A DNA stretch of 64,000 nucleotides from Candidatus Woesebacteria bacterium RBG_16_42_24 (lineage in GTDB: Bacteria > Patescibacteriota > Microgenomatia > UBA8517): NCBI GenBank assembly GCA_001792115.1, contig MGFX01000006.1, positions 146,537 through 210,536 on the forward strand, in the 5' to 3' direction. The translations under genes were made by a program, and so were the position numbers. The notes under the pieces were generated by a model. The model was given only the letters and a program-made list of their open reading frames with translations. It did no database searches and was not told the origin of the DNA. Positions 48,369 to 57,867 of the stretch are shown here, one piece after another (the stretch's first letter is position 1; every line of letters begins with the position of its first letter).

Positions 48369-49253
48369 TTATAATAAGGAAGTTAGGGAGTCAAGCGCGC
48401 TTCGCTTTTTTAGGATTGAAGCTATAAGTCTCCTTCTTTCGGGGGTGTTCAGGTTTTCAAAGGATTTTTCGTCAGCGGCGTTTTCTTTAAGGGCGGCGTC
48501 GATTTCGGTTTCGCTAACTTTGATATCCTTTTCTTCCGCAATTCTAGAAAGAACCAAGTCGAGCTTCAAGGCTTCCCTGGCTTGGACTTGGTATTCGCCC
48601 CTTAATGTTTCAGGAGTTTTCCCGATTGAGGCCAGATATTTTTCAAGAGATAGCCCTAATCTCTCTGTTCGCTCCAATAGTCCAGCGAGTCTCGTGTCAA
48701 CCTCCTCATCTATTAAAGGTCTGGGTACATTTACCTCGCTTGTTGAAATCAGGACTTTTATAACTTCCTGCTCCTTTTCTTCTTTTGTTTTTTCTTTTGG
48801 CTTTTCCGATTTGCCCTTGTCTGGAGTCCAGATTGATCCAACTTTGGCAGTACTTGCGATAGCATTCTGATAATCCCCCAACTTTATCTCGGGCATTTCA
48901 CAGGTAGTCGCCCTTATTTGCCAATCCTCGTCTTCTTTTGCGCTAACTAGCTCAAACCTCGGGTAAATAAGGGGTTTTATGCTGAATTTTGTAATTGCAT
49001 CACCTAAAGCCTTAGGCAGAAGTTTTGCCAGAGTTTTCTCTATTAAGGTCGATTCTGAAATCCGTTCTTTGACTTTTGTAATAGGAGCCCTACCCTTGCG
49101 GAATCCGGGGATCTCGGTGTCATGGGCTAGCTCGGCCAAAGCTTCTTCTTTTGAGCTTTTAATCACGGCAAACGGAATTTTAAATGTAATCTGAATTGTT
49201 CCGTCGGCCTCGCGTGCAAGAACTGAATCAATTTGTTGGTCCGCCTTTGTCAT
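48369..49253 (-). CDS. tig: trigger factor lacking the PPIase domain
   Basis: IPGFRKGRAP ribosome-binding motif; C-terminal domain follows directly; ATG 49253 preferred. Confidence 0.9.
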   Translation of the reverse strand: MTKADQQIDSVLAREADGTIQITFKIPFAVIKSSKEEALAELAHDTEIPGFRKGRAPITKVKERISESTLIEKTLAKLLPKALGDAITKFSIKPLIYPRFELVSAKEDEDWQIRATTCEMPEIKLGDYQNAIASTAKVGSIWTPDKGKSEKPKEKTKEEKEQEVIKVLISTSEVNVPRPLIDEEVDTRLAGLLERTERLGLSLEKYLASIGKTPETLRGEYQVQAREALKLDLVLSRIAEEKDIKVSETEIDAALKENAADEKSFENLNTPERRRLIASILKKRSALDSLTSLL

Positions 49254-49318
49254 TTTTACAAAAATATCCACGCACAATGCGTGGGATGCCTATTTTACCA
49301 GAGGAGTAACAAAAATGC

Positions 49319-49428
49319 TATGACATTCCCCCCGCCCTAAAAGGCGGGTCTTCTTCTGTAAGAGAATGACATATCAGGATTCGATCCCTCCCCGATTAAA
49401 TCGGTGTTTCCTTGAATGATGTTATGAA
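49319..49428 (+). mobile_element. miniature two-hairpin repeat, copy 3
   Basis: TATGACAT + CCCGCCCTAAAAGGCGGG ... GAATGACATATCAG + CCGATTAAATCGG ... TTGAA..TGTTAT. Confidence 0.55.
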
Positions 49429-49577
49429 CCCCCTTTGTGTTGGGTTTTGAATTGAGTCGCATTAAATTTCCCCTGTTGGCCTTTAGCCCCAAATTTGCTC
49501 TGTTTGAAAAAATCTGGAGTCCTAAAACCTAAAGAAGGTCCTGCTTTCTTCTTTACAAAGGAACTTTTCTGTTTCAT
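49422..49577 (-). CDS. small basic protein, 51 aa (below ORF-track cutoff)
   Basis: MKQKSSFVKKKAGPSLGFRTPDFFKQSKFGAKGQQGKFNATQFKTQHKGGS; TACAAT just upstream. Confidence 0.55.
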   Translation of the reverse strand: MKQKSSFVKKKAGPSLGFRTPDFFKQSKFGAKGQQGKFNATQFKTQHKGGS

Positions 49578-49732
49578 ATATCATAATTGTAAATTGTAAA
49601 TTGATAATTGTAAATTTATGTTTTATACTTTAATTGCCAAAGTGTGTTTAATGGATAGTCTTCGAGTAAGCTTCCGTTAATCCTCGAGGCGTTCGATGCT
49701 TTCAATCGTTAGAAAGGAGGTAATTAAAATAC

Positions 49733-49996
49733 ATGGCTACCAAGCTATTTGTAGGTAATCTTGACTATACTGTTACGTCCGACGATCTTAAGGCGGCATT
49801 TGCAGGAGTAGGCACAGTTGTAGACGCCGTAGTTATTTCAGACAAAATGACCGGCAGAAGTAGGGGTTTCGGATTTGTGGAAATGAGCTCTGAAGCAGAG
49901 GTTAAAGATGCAATCGAGAAACTGAATGGATCCGACCTTAAGGGTAGAAAGATAAACGTAAACGAAGCTCGCCCTCCCAGAGAAACCCAAGCCTAA
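49733..49996 (+). CDS. RRM RNA-binding protein
   Basis: RNP2 LFVGNL, RNP1 RGFGFVEM; strong SD AAAGGAGGT. Confidence 0.95.
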   Translation: MATKLFVGNLDYTVTSDDLKAAFAGVGTVVDAVVISDKMTGRSRGFGFVEMSSEAEVKDAIEKLNGSDLKGRKINVNEARPPRETQA

Positions 49997-50001
49997 TTTT
50001 T

Positions 50002-50340
50002 TTAGTCGCTTGCGAGTTTGTGAAGAAACCACGATACTAGCGATAGTACAATCGAGGCAAGTATTGCTGTGGTGAAGGTGCTTATAGAGAAACCTGGTAC
50101 GATTTTGCTTACCACCCAAAGCAGGAACACGTTAATTAAGAAAGCCGTAATACCAAAAGTAAGAATCGATATCGGAAGCGCTATAAGCTGAACAATAGGA
50201 CGGATAAAGGTATTGACGATTCCGATTACGATAGCGGCAACAAGAGCCGCCCATACACCTGTGAGAGTAAATCCTGGGACCAAGTAGGCTACAACAAAAA
50301 GTGTAAAAACGTTGATCGCAAGACGTACAACAAGTTTCAT
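50002..50340 (-). CDS. 4-TM phage-holin-like (YvlD-type) membrane protein
   Basis: GIVNTFIRP...LPISILTFG..FLIN motif. Confidence 0.8.
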   Translation of the reverse strand: MKLVVRLAINVFTLFVVAYLVPGFTLTGVWAALVAAIVIGIVNTFIRPIVQLIALPISILTFGITAFLINVFLLWVVSKIVPGFSISTFTTAILASIVLSLVSWFLHKLASD

Positions 50341-50358
50341 TACTTCATATTGAACGAT

Positions 50359-51369
50359 TTAGAAAGTATTTGTCAAATGCTTATGAAAAAAAACAATATT
50401 TCTCGCTACAACAACATCCCAAGAAAGATTTAAGTTGTGGTCTGCTTTCTGATAAACGTAATAGTTTAAGTCCAATTTTAGGTTTAGAAGAGAATTAGCC
50501 AACTCTTCGGACCAAATAGCCGGTACGGCATCATCATTAGTCCCCTGGTGAAGTTCAATGGGTGCTTTGATTTTATGATAATTCAAATCAATAGCATAAA
50601 GGTCTGGATCGTATAATTCCTCAAACTTTGCGAGCTCTCTGCGTATCAGTTTGCCTCTATCTTCAGATTCATCAGTGTAATAAAGGATTGAATAAGGGAA
50701 AGGTTTGGAAACCGGGGCCCAAAGTACAGTTGGATAAGGCTGTTGTGTAACTTCTAGGACCGTGAGAGCTATTTGTCCCCCGTTTGAGTGTCCCCAGATT
50801 AATGTATTTTTCTTATCCCACTTGTCAATTGAATCCAACGATTTTAACAATGTCAGTGCTGTAGTGTAGGTCTGGAATCTTGATTCAAAAATACTTCCGG
50901 CTTCTGCGTCAGATCCCCCATAGCCTAGGAAGTCAGGTGCGATAGTAATATACCCGTTTGAAGCAAAATACTCCCCGGCGCGTTTAGTGCCGTCACCAGT
51001 CTTATAGATTTCTTGGTCGACGTAACCTCGGAACATTACAACTAAGGGGAATGGTCCCTCACCCTTGGGGATGTTAAGAAGCCCTGTTACTTTCTTCTTT
51101 TCCTTCCCGGTGAGTGCGGGATCTAAATTGAAAGAGAAGGTGAGTGAGCTGAACCCGACTTCGTCCTTAACGGTCTCTGCTATTTCTATTTGAGACATGG
51201 GAATATCACTATAGGAAAGATTTTCAATCGTATATTTATCGAGGGGACGTGGTTTAATTTGATTGATAAAAGGTGGAGCTTGGGTTTCTTTTGGGAAGAA
51301 ATTTAGTAATAAATATACTGATCCCGCTCCGAGTACAAATATAAAAATGGCTGAAAGAATCCTTTTCAC
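50359..51369 (-). CDS. exported alpha/beta hydrolase (S9-like)
   Basis: PDFLGYG, GHSNGG, HQGTND, ADH. Confidence 0.85.
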   Translation of the reverse strand: MKRILSAIFIFVLGAGSVYLLLNFFPKETQAPPFINQIKPRPLDKYTIENLSYSDIPMSQIEIAETVKDEVGFSSLTFSFNLDPALTGKEKKKVTGLLNIPKGEGPFPLVVMFRGYVDQEIYKTGDGTKRAGEYFASNGYITIAPDFLGYGGSDAEAGSIFESRFQTYTTALTLLKSLDSIDKWDKKNTLIWGHSNGGQIALTVLEVTQQPYPTVLWAPVSKPFPYSILYYTDESEDRGKLIRRELAKFEELYDPDLYAIDLNYHKIKAPIELHQGTNDDAVPAIWSEELANSLLNLKLDLNYYVYQKADHNLNLSWDVVVARNIVFFHKHLTNTF

Positions 51370-52790
51370 TTAAATAACATTTGTACTGCCGTAAAGGCCG
51401 AGAATCCTCCGTAGAAGACAAATGCTAATCCTACAAAAAACATTCTTATGACGGAGGGCCTGAGTTCTTTGGCAATGGCTGTTAGATTGAGCCAAAGGAT
51501 TAAACCGGTGTATATAAACATGGACATCGCATTTAGGACAGCTCCGGTGACTACAAGAGAAAGAGGTTCAGTAAATCCCAAAGCGAAAATTATTATACCT
51601 GCCAGAATCTGGAACGCTAAAAAGGCGAAAAAGAATAAATGTAGCCTACTCACCTTGAAGCGGTTAGGTGAGAGGAGCACCAGATTCTCACTCATTATCC
51701 TGGCATTCGAGCCAAATACAGAGAATTGAGTACCAAAAAGCATCAATGCTGCCATTAGGAGAAAAAATGTACCCATAAAAGCGAATGTTTTTTCTGCGAT
51801 CACACCCGACTCAAAAATAACAAAATTTATGCTCGTTTCAACACCTTTCGAACCGTGAACTGTTGAGTAAGCTAGAAGAGAAAGAAGAAGCATAGTGAAG
51901 GCTCCGGTTGCCCAAAATATAATTGCGTGCTCGATATTAATCCTTCTCCACCAGGTTTTAAATTTAGTAAGATTTTCGTTGGTTGTATCAAAAGTTGTCC
52001 CTGTCAAAACTATGCTCTCTTTCTTTCCTGCTAAAATATTTATGATGTGGCCGGAATAGGAACCCATTCCATAACCTTTCTCTTTTACATAAAGAGATTG
52101 GGCAAGGTTAAGATTTCCGCCTGCTCCGGCGTAGGCTAAAGCGGCCAAGAAGGTGGCGAAAGGCAGCCCCGCGGGCAGAAACCAGAAGTTTTCTCCTTTT
52201 CCGATTACGCCCTGGGTTAAAGCTGCCCAGTCGCTCCCTTTTGCTAAAAATAAGGTAATTATAAGTACGAAAGGAATGCCTACTAAAATTATTGCTTTTT
52301 GTACCCTTTCTTGTGTTTTATAGACGACGCGACCAAGACTATATAGAACGCCTATTAGGAGAAGAAAAAGTATGCCGATAAGACCCGAATAAGGAATTCC
52401 AACCCCTTTTGCAAAGACGGTTGCGGAAGCTGCGATTATTCCGGGCCACATCCAAGGAATGAATGTGGTCAAGATAAACCAAACCGGCGCTAAGTTGCCG
52501 AATTTTCGGGTAAGCCCTACAAATATACTCTCGCCAGTGACAAGCGTATAACGTTCAATTTCCATATTTATGAAGAATTGGAAGGTGATTCCAAGAATTG
52601 CGGCCCAGATAATTCCGAGGCCAAAATTTGAGGAAAGATACGGCCAAAGTATTAGTTCGCCACTTCCCAATCCTACACCAAGAATAATAAAACTCGGACC
52701 AATAAGCTTAAGTAAGGGTGGCGCTGGGGGTAATTCATTTTTTGCAAGTGGGGAAAGTGCTGACATTAACTTTAGTGTACAAGATTTCAT
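51366..52790 (-). CDS. Nramp/APC-superfamily-like transporter
   Basis: IGPSF..GVGLGSGELILWP, ERYTL.TGE, ~11 TM helices. Confidence 0.75.
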   Translation of the reverse strand: MKSCTLKLMSALSPLAKNELPPAPPLLKLIGPSFIILGVGLGSGELILWPYLSSNFGLGIIWAAILGITFQFFINMEIERYTLVTGESIFVGLTRKFGNLAPVWFILTTFIPWMWPGIIAASATVFAKGVGIPYSGLIGILFLLLIGVLYSLGRVVYKTQERVQKAIILVGIPFVLIITLFLAKGSDWAALTQGVIGKGENFWFLPAGLPFATFLAALAYAGAGGNLNLAQSLYVKEKGYGMGSYSGHIINILAGKKESIVLTGTTFDTTNENLTKFKTWWRRINIEHAIIFWATGAFTMLLLSLLAYSTVHGSKGVETSINFVIFESGVIAEKTFAFMGTFFLLMAALMLFGTQFSVFGSNARIMSENLVLLSPNRFKVSRLHLFFFAFLAFQILAGIIIFALGFTEPLSLVVTGAVLNAMSMFIYTGLILWLNLTAIAKELRPSVIRMFFVGLAFVFYGGFSAFTAVQMLFK

Positions 52791-52817
52791 TTATACGCTC
52801 CAGATGTGTAATATTAG

Positions 52818-53927
52818 TTGACAATGAAAACCGTGATTCATCAGATACGAACGCCAGTAAAGAGAGAAGGAGCGGGTAGATACCTTATGCTCACTCTAAT
52901 CAGTTTTGCGCTATCCGTAATAGTAACCAGAGTCATCTTGCAGGTCACTAATTATCCTCAGCTAGCTTGGGGAGAGTTTCATATTGCGCACATACTTTTT
53001 GGCGGCCTCATGCTATTTGTGGCTGCACTTTTGCCTTTAGTTTTGGCTAATCGCTCAATTTATGTAGCCAGCGCAGTACTATCCGGAGCGGGAGTAGGCT
53101 TATTTATTGATGAAGTAGGAAAATTTATAACACGCCAAAATGACTACTTTTATGCGCCAGCTATGCCGATAATCTATGCTTTTTTCCTTTTGACAGTACT
53201 CGTCTATTTTCAGGTAAGGAAAAGACCTAGAAAGGATGCAAGGGCAGAGCTCTATCGGTCTCTTGATTCCATGGCCGAGATTCTTGACTATGATTTAGAA
53301 CCGCACGAGTTCGCTTCCCTCAAAAGAAGATTAAAATACGTCTCCCAGAGGAAAGAATCACCGGCATTGGCAGATCTGGCTGGTAAGCTTTTAAAATTTC
53401 TGGATTTTCGGCAGCTAGATATAGTTCCAAGAAGTCATAATTTAATTGAAAGAGTGGGAGTAAAACTTGAGAAGTTTGAAGAGAAATATATTCGCAAAGG
53501 GTTATATAAAGCAGCGCTTATATTGTGGCTGACTGCCTCCGGGATAATTGCGATCTCGGATCTAGCAAGGAGCTATGTGGCATTTTTCTCGTATGAGGCT
53601 CTTTATGAACTAGTTTCTAGACTGATTTCTTCAGGTATTTTAGTAAGTGATGCGAGTATCTACTGGTTTTTAGTAAGACTTAGTCTTGAGGCACTCGTGG
53701 GGGTCGCTTTAGTAGTATCTGCATTTCTTTTAGCTAAAGGTTCGGAAAAAACCGGCGTATCGATTGCCTACTACGGTATTCTTCTTTCCTTAACTACGGT
53801 CAATCTGTTAGTCTTCTACTTCGACCAAACAAGAGCTTTTCTTTCAACCGCTGGCCAACTTACACTTCTTCTTATGATTATCCATTTCCAGCATAGATTT
53901 TTATATTCTTCAGAAACCATCTCTTGA
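52818..53927 (+). CDS. hypothetical multi-TM membrane protein
   Basis: HIAHILFGG and GLFIDEVGKFI motifs, ~8 TM helices. Confidence 0.7.
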   Translation: MTMKTVIHQIRTPVKREGAGRYLMLTLISFALSVIVTRVILQVTNYPQLAWGEFHIAHILFGGLMLFVAALLPLVLANRSIYVASAVLSGAGVGLFIDEVGKFITRQNDYFYAPAMPIIYAFFLLTVLVYFQVRKRPRKDARAELYRSLDSMAEILDYDLEPHEFASLKRRLKYVSQRKESPALADLAGKLLKFLDFRQLDIVPRSHNLIERVGVKLEKFEEKYIRKGLYKAALILWLTASGIIAISDLARSYVAFFSYEALYELVSRLISSGILVSDASIYWFLVRLSLEALVGVALVVSAFLLAKGSEKTGVSIAYYGILLSLTTVNLLVFYFDQTRAFLSTAGQLTLLLMIIHFQHRFLYSSETIS

Positions 53928-53950
53928 TCCTTCGACTAACGCTCAGGATC
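53926..53950 (+). repeat. REP-like hairpin
   Basis: GATCCT TCGACTAACGCTC AGGATC. Confidence 0.55.
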
Positions 53951-53979
53951 TGCGTACTCTTCAGGAGTTAATAAGGTAC

Positions 53980-54009
53980 TTGACTTCGGGTTTTCTTCGG
54001 TAGTATAAA
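53980..54009 (+). promoter_or_regulatory. promoter of polymerase cassette containing a CTTCGG-N5-CTTCGG direct repeat
   Basis: TTGACT 53980-53985, TATAAA 54004-54009; CTTCGG at 53984 and 53995. Confidence 0.55.
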
Positions 54010-54015
54010 GGGTAG

Positions 54016-54276
54016 ATGCTTGAGAAAATCTCCGCTCCTGTATCGGTTGGATTCACCTTCGACCACACTACTCGTAGGGTAATCCCTAAATGGGTAATCT
54101 GGGAAGGGCGCACTTACCCTATTGAGAAAGTCGGGCTTCACCACACTTATAGAGCTGGTAGAACTCTATTCCATGTCTTTTCAGTTGCCTCAAAAACCCT
54201 TTTTTTTAGGCTTGTACTTAATACAGATACCTTGCATTGGAGATTGGAGGAGATTTCCGATGGAATGTCAGACTAA
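54016..54276 (+). CDS. small beta-rich protein (DUF6504/ImuB-C-terminus-like), putative polymerase accessory factor
   Basis: P.WVIWEGRTY.I..V...F.V......L.....W.L pattern; directly upstream of Y-family polymerase. Confidence 0.6.
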   Translation: MLEKISAPVSVGFTFDHTTRRVIPKWVIWEGRTYPIEKVGLHHTYRAGRTLFHVFSVASKTLFFRLVLNTDTLHWRLEEISDGMSD

Positions 54277-54277
54277 A

Positions 54278-54391
54278 AATCGGTTTATCGGTTTCTCGGT
54301 TATCAGATATCGGTGGATCGGCTTGTCAGATTACAAAATCCGAAAATCCGAAAAACTGAAATCAGAAGACTGATGACCTGACAAACTGAAT
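54278..54391. repeat. degenerate ~8-nt tandem units forming a long inverted repeat
   Basis: ATCGGTTT ATCGGTTT CTCGGTT... then AAATCCGA AAATCCGA AAAACTGA... Confidence 0.6.
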
Positions 54392-55639
54392 ATGTTGGCT
54401 TTCAATCCCAAACCCTCAACCATAATGCACCTGGACCTTAATTCCTGTTTTGCGACGATTGAGCAACAGGCAAATCCGCAGCTTCGGGGCAAACCCATCG
54501 CGGTTGCCGCCTACACCACCCCATCCGGTTGCATCATTGCCCCTTCGGTTGAGGCCAAAAGATATGGGATCAAGGTCGGAATGAGGGTCAAAGACGGCAA
54601 ACTTCTCTATCCAGGCTTGATAGTTCTTTCTCCCGACCCATGGAAATATAGAAACGTACACCTTGCCCTTCGAAGAATCGTTTCCGATTATACCGACAAA
54701 TTTGTGCCGAAGAGTATTGATGAATTCGTTTTAGACCTAGAAGGATACCCCTGTTTAGTAGCAAGTAGTATGCAGCAAGTAGCAAGGGAGATTAAGGAGA
54801 GAATCAAGGAGGAGATCGGAGAATGGCTGACGGTTTCAGTGGGAATTGCCCCAAACAAATTTCTTGCCAAAACTGCAGCCTCCCTCCATAAACCCGACGG
54901 GTTGGATGAGATTGATAAAGAAAACTTTGCCAAAGTTTATTCGGGCCTTAAACTTACGGAGCTATGTGGGATAAAACTTCGAAACGCAGTTCGGCTAAAC
55001 AACATGGGCATATTTAGCGTTTTGGATTTCTTCGAGGCACCATATCCTAAGCTGAAGGCTGCCTTTGAATCGATCCTTGGATACTATTGGTATTTGCGCT
55101 TGCGAGGTTGGGAAATAGACGACGTTGTTTTTGGCAGACGCTCATATGGCAATTCTTTCGCCCTGCCTAGGCCATTAGTAACAGTTGAAGAGCTCTCTCC
55201 TGTTCTTTCTAAACTCGTTCAAAAAATGGGAGCAAGATTTAGGCGGGCTGGATATAAAGCCAAAGGAGTTCATTTGGCAATCGCCTACCGGGACGGAACA
55301 TTTTGGCACCAGGGAGTTACAACCACAAGAATCTTATTCGACAGCAGGGACATTTATAGAGTCGCATTTAGACTTCTTAATCGAAGTCCCTATAGAAAAG
55401 CTGTCAGGGAGCTCGCCGTATCGGTTTTTAACTTGATAGATGAGCCGTCTTTGCAGCTTGAACTATTTGACGACCTAAGGAAAAAGGAGCGAATAGTGAA
55501 TGCGGTCGATGCCGTAAATGAACGCTGGGGAGACTTTGTCATAACTCCAGCTCGCATGCTTGGAACTAAAAATGCCGTAATTGACAGAATCGCCTTTGGC
55601 GGAGTCAAGGAACTCGAGGAATTTACCCTTCGATATTAG
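54392..55639 (+). CDS. dinB: Y-family DNA polymerase (DinB/PolY type)
   Basis: HLDLNSCFATIE, SVEAKRYG, SIDE, LAKTA..KPDG, QLELF clamp motif. Confidence 0.9.
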   Translation: MLAFNPKPSTIMHLDLNSCFATIEQQANPQLRGKPIAVAAYTTPSGCIIAPSVEAKRYGIKVGMRVKDGKLLYPGLIVLSPDPWKYRNVHLALRRIVSDYTDKFVPKSIDEFVLDLEGYPCLVASSMQQVAREIKERIKEEIGEWLTVSVGIAPNKFLAKTAASLHKPDGLDEIDKENFAKVYSGLKLTELCGIKLRNAVRLNNMGIFSVLDFFEAPYPKLKAAFESILGYYWYLRLRGWEIDDVVFGRRSYGNSFALPRPLVTVEELSPVLSKLVQKMGARFRRAGYKAKGVHLAIAYRDGTFWHQGVTTTRILFDSRDIYRVAFRLLNRSPYRKAVRELAVSVFNLIDEPSLQLELFDDLRKKERIVNAVDAVNERWGDFVITPARMLGTKNAVIDRIAFGGVKELEEFTLRY

Positions 55640-56153
55640 TTAAATCGACGGCCGTTCCTACTCCAACTTTGTTTTTTTCAGAGAACCCTCCCGCGACCTC
55701 TAAGACATAATCGACTAATCCGTCAGGAATTAGTAGGGGTAATTCGCGGTCCGCTGTTCCTTCTGCGGGAGGTTGAACTTCCTTTGTGATTTGGGTAATT
55801 TTTCCGTCATTTATCCAAATTATGTCAATGGGAATCAGCATTCCCTTCATCCAAAAGGATGGTTTAAAGTCTTTGTTTGCAAATACGAAGAGCATCCCTT
55901 CATTTGGGGCTAAAGATTTTCTTCCGGAAAGTCCCTTAGAGCGCTCGCTATCCTCATCGGCTACCTCAACTAAAAGTTCAACCTCACCTACTTTAAGGAC
56001 TTTCTTATCCCCTATTGTGGTTTGGACAGTTTTTGAAGCATATGAGCCAGGATTGGAAAGAGCCTTCTGGGCCTCTTGTGGGTATTTAGTGAATACTCCC
56101 AGAATAACAATTAATGCCGCAACAGCTGCAAGGAGTAAAAACGTCTGCTTCAT
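55623..56153 (-). CDS. DUF192 family protein
   Basis: VEVAD...R.KGLSGR, GMLFVF, FWMKGM.IPIDIIW, YVLEV. Confidence 0.9.
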   Translation of the reverse strand: MKQTFLLLAAVAALIVILGVFTKYPQEAQKALSNPGSYASKTVQTTIGDKKVLKVGEVELLVEVADEDSERSKGLSGRKSLAPNEGMLFVFANKDFKPSFWMKGMLIPIDIIWINDGKITQITKEVQPPAEGTADRELPLLIPDGLVDYVLEVAGGFSEKNKVGVGTAVDLTNIEG

Positions 56154-56302
56154 TATCTAACAGTTTGTATCAGATCCTGCGAAGGGGTAGAATCCTGCCT
56201 TCTAGGGTTCTTCAAAGAGAAAAAATAACTAATAAGGCCCAAAAGAATTACAGCCATACAGGCTAAAATTAAGAAATTATTGTTGTCCTTAAATTCCTTC
56301 AT
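56153..56302 (-). CDS. small single-TM protein, 49 aa (below ORF-track cutoff)
   Basis: MKEFKDNNNFLILACMAVILLGLISYFFSLKNPRR...; TAATG overlap with the DUF192 start. Confidence 0.55.
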   Translation of the reverse strand: MKEFKDNNNFLILACMAVILLGLISYFFSLKNPRRQDSTPSQDLIQTVR

Positions 56303-56407
56303 AATAGATTTCAAGGAAACCCTAGATTTTTATCTAAGGAGGAATTGAACCTACTATATCATCCTCCCTCAGGGAAACCGCAAACTTTAGTTTGCTTAAG
56401 GATGTTA

Positions 56408-56611
56408 TTAGAATCCTTGGTATTCCCAGGTTTCCTGATTAAAAGCTTCGTCACCTAAAATTTTCGGACTATCACCCCAGGAGGTGGTACTAAGAAAAGT
56501 GTAAGACATAGCTACTAAAAGAGCAAAGACGAAAACGGGCAAGAGAAAAAGGAGAATGTTAAGGGAATTGTTGAGACGGTTTTTGTGGAGATGTAAGATT
56601 TCTGGCAGCAT
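56408..56611 (-). CDS. small single-TM hypothetical protein
   Basis: 67 aa, one hydrophobic helix, TAAAAT 7 nt upstream. Confidence 0.55.
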   Translation of the reverse strand: MLPEILHLHKNRLNNSLNILLFLLPVFVFALLVAMSYTFLSTTSWGDSPKILGDEAFNQETWEYQGF

Positions 56612-56715
56612 ACTTCTATTTTACACGAGATTGCAAATAGGTGAAAATAGGTTAAGATTTCTTAGATGGTAAGAAAGTACCCTAAATACCCTAGATTATT
56701 TAGTCAGCACTTCTA

Positions 56716-57792
56716 ATGCCCGACCTGTTTATCCGTTCAAAATTAAATCCCATTTTAAGAAATATCCCGGGCCATGATTGGGAGGCAGTTAAAGTCTACA
56801 ATCCGGGTGTTATTTTCCACGAAGGGAATTTCCATCTTTTCTACCGTGCGGTTGGTAGAGGCAAGGGACGGCATTCGGCGATTGGCTACGCTATTTCAAA
56901 AGATGGAGAACATTTTAAAAGATTAGCAAAACCACTATTAGATAGAGATGAAGGAAACCCCCATGAATATCGAGGGTTAGAAGATCCCCGACTTACAAAA
57001 ATTGATGACACTTTTTATATGGCTTATGCTGCTTATGATGGTAGTTCAGTTAGATTGTCGATCGCAACTTCTAAAGATCTCAAAAAATGGGTAAAACATC
57101 CTCCGGCTTTTAAAGACTTTCTTTTAACAAAAATGGGTGGAGTTTTTGTGAAGTGGATAGAAGGAAAGCCAATTGATCTATATAAGCCCAAAACACCCGA
57201 GCGTGATATTAGAACAAAAGCAGGTGGTATTTTTCCAGAGAAAATCGGCGGTAAATACTGGATGTTATTTAATGAGTTTCGCATTTGGCTTGCTCAATCA
57301 GACGACTTGATAACATGGAACGCCCTCCCCGGACCTTATATTGGGCCCAGGAAGGGAAGTGAATTATTTGACAACGTATTTGTAGAGATGGGACCTCCTC
57401 CCATAAAAACCGACAAAGGGTGGCTAGTTCTTTATCACGGTATAGACTTAAAAGACATTTATCGCTTGGGCTTTATTCTACTAGATATTAATGATCCAAA
57501 AAAAATTATATACCGCTCAGATCAAGCGATATTTGAGCCAAGCGAGCGTTATGAGAAAGAAGGTATTTACGATATCCTTCCTGGTGGACTAGACAAAATT
57601 TTAAATATGAATACATTCGAATTAAGACAGTATTTAGGGAATCTAACCAATAAGGGAATTATGCCGGAAGTAATTTTTTGCTGCGGAGCAGTAGTGGTAG
57701 AAAATGATTTAAGAATCTATTATGGTGCTGGAGACACATCTATTTGTACTGCTACCGTTTCTCTTGAGAAAATTCTGTCTTTAGCAAGTTGA
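56716..57792 (+). CDS. glycoside hydrolase family 130 (mannoside phosphorylase/glycosidase)
   Basis: VYNPG, YRA, GLEDPR, GPPPIKT.KGWL..YHG, IYYGAGD. Confidence 0.9.
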   Translation: MPDLFIRSKLNPILRNIPGHDWEAVKVYNPGVIFHEGNFHLFYRAVGRGKGRHSAIGYAISKDGEHFKRLAKPLLDRDEGNPHEYRGLEDPRLTKIDDTFYMAYAAYDGSSVRLSIATSKDLKKWVKHPPAFKDFLLTKMGGVFVKWIEGKPIDLYKPKTPERDIRTKAGGIFPEKIGGKYWMLFNEFRIWLAQSDDLITWNALPGPYIGPRKGSELFDNVFVEMGPPPIKTDKGWLVLYHGIDLKDIYRLGFILLDINDPKKIIYRSDQAIFEPSERYEKEGIYDILPGGLDKILNMNTFELRQYLGNLTNKGIMPEVIFCCGAVVVENDLRIYYGAGDTSICTATVSLEKILSLAS

Positions 57793-57867
57793 AATTGTAA
57801 ATCCCTACGTATACGATCCTTAATTTGACTATTAACACCTGGACCACTACAATACTGATCCAAAGCT

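Noticed and set aside
50002-50340. Holin-like gene as evidence of a prophage
   Set aside because: This 4-TM family is commonly chromosomal; no phage structural, terminase or integrase genes nearby
57845-57856. CACTACAATACT half-site of the TrpR-like palindrome
   Set aside because: Explained by the TACAAT -10 box of a TTGACT-17 promoter; no second half
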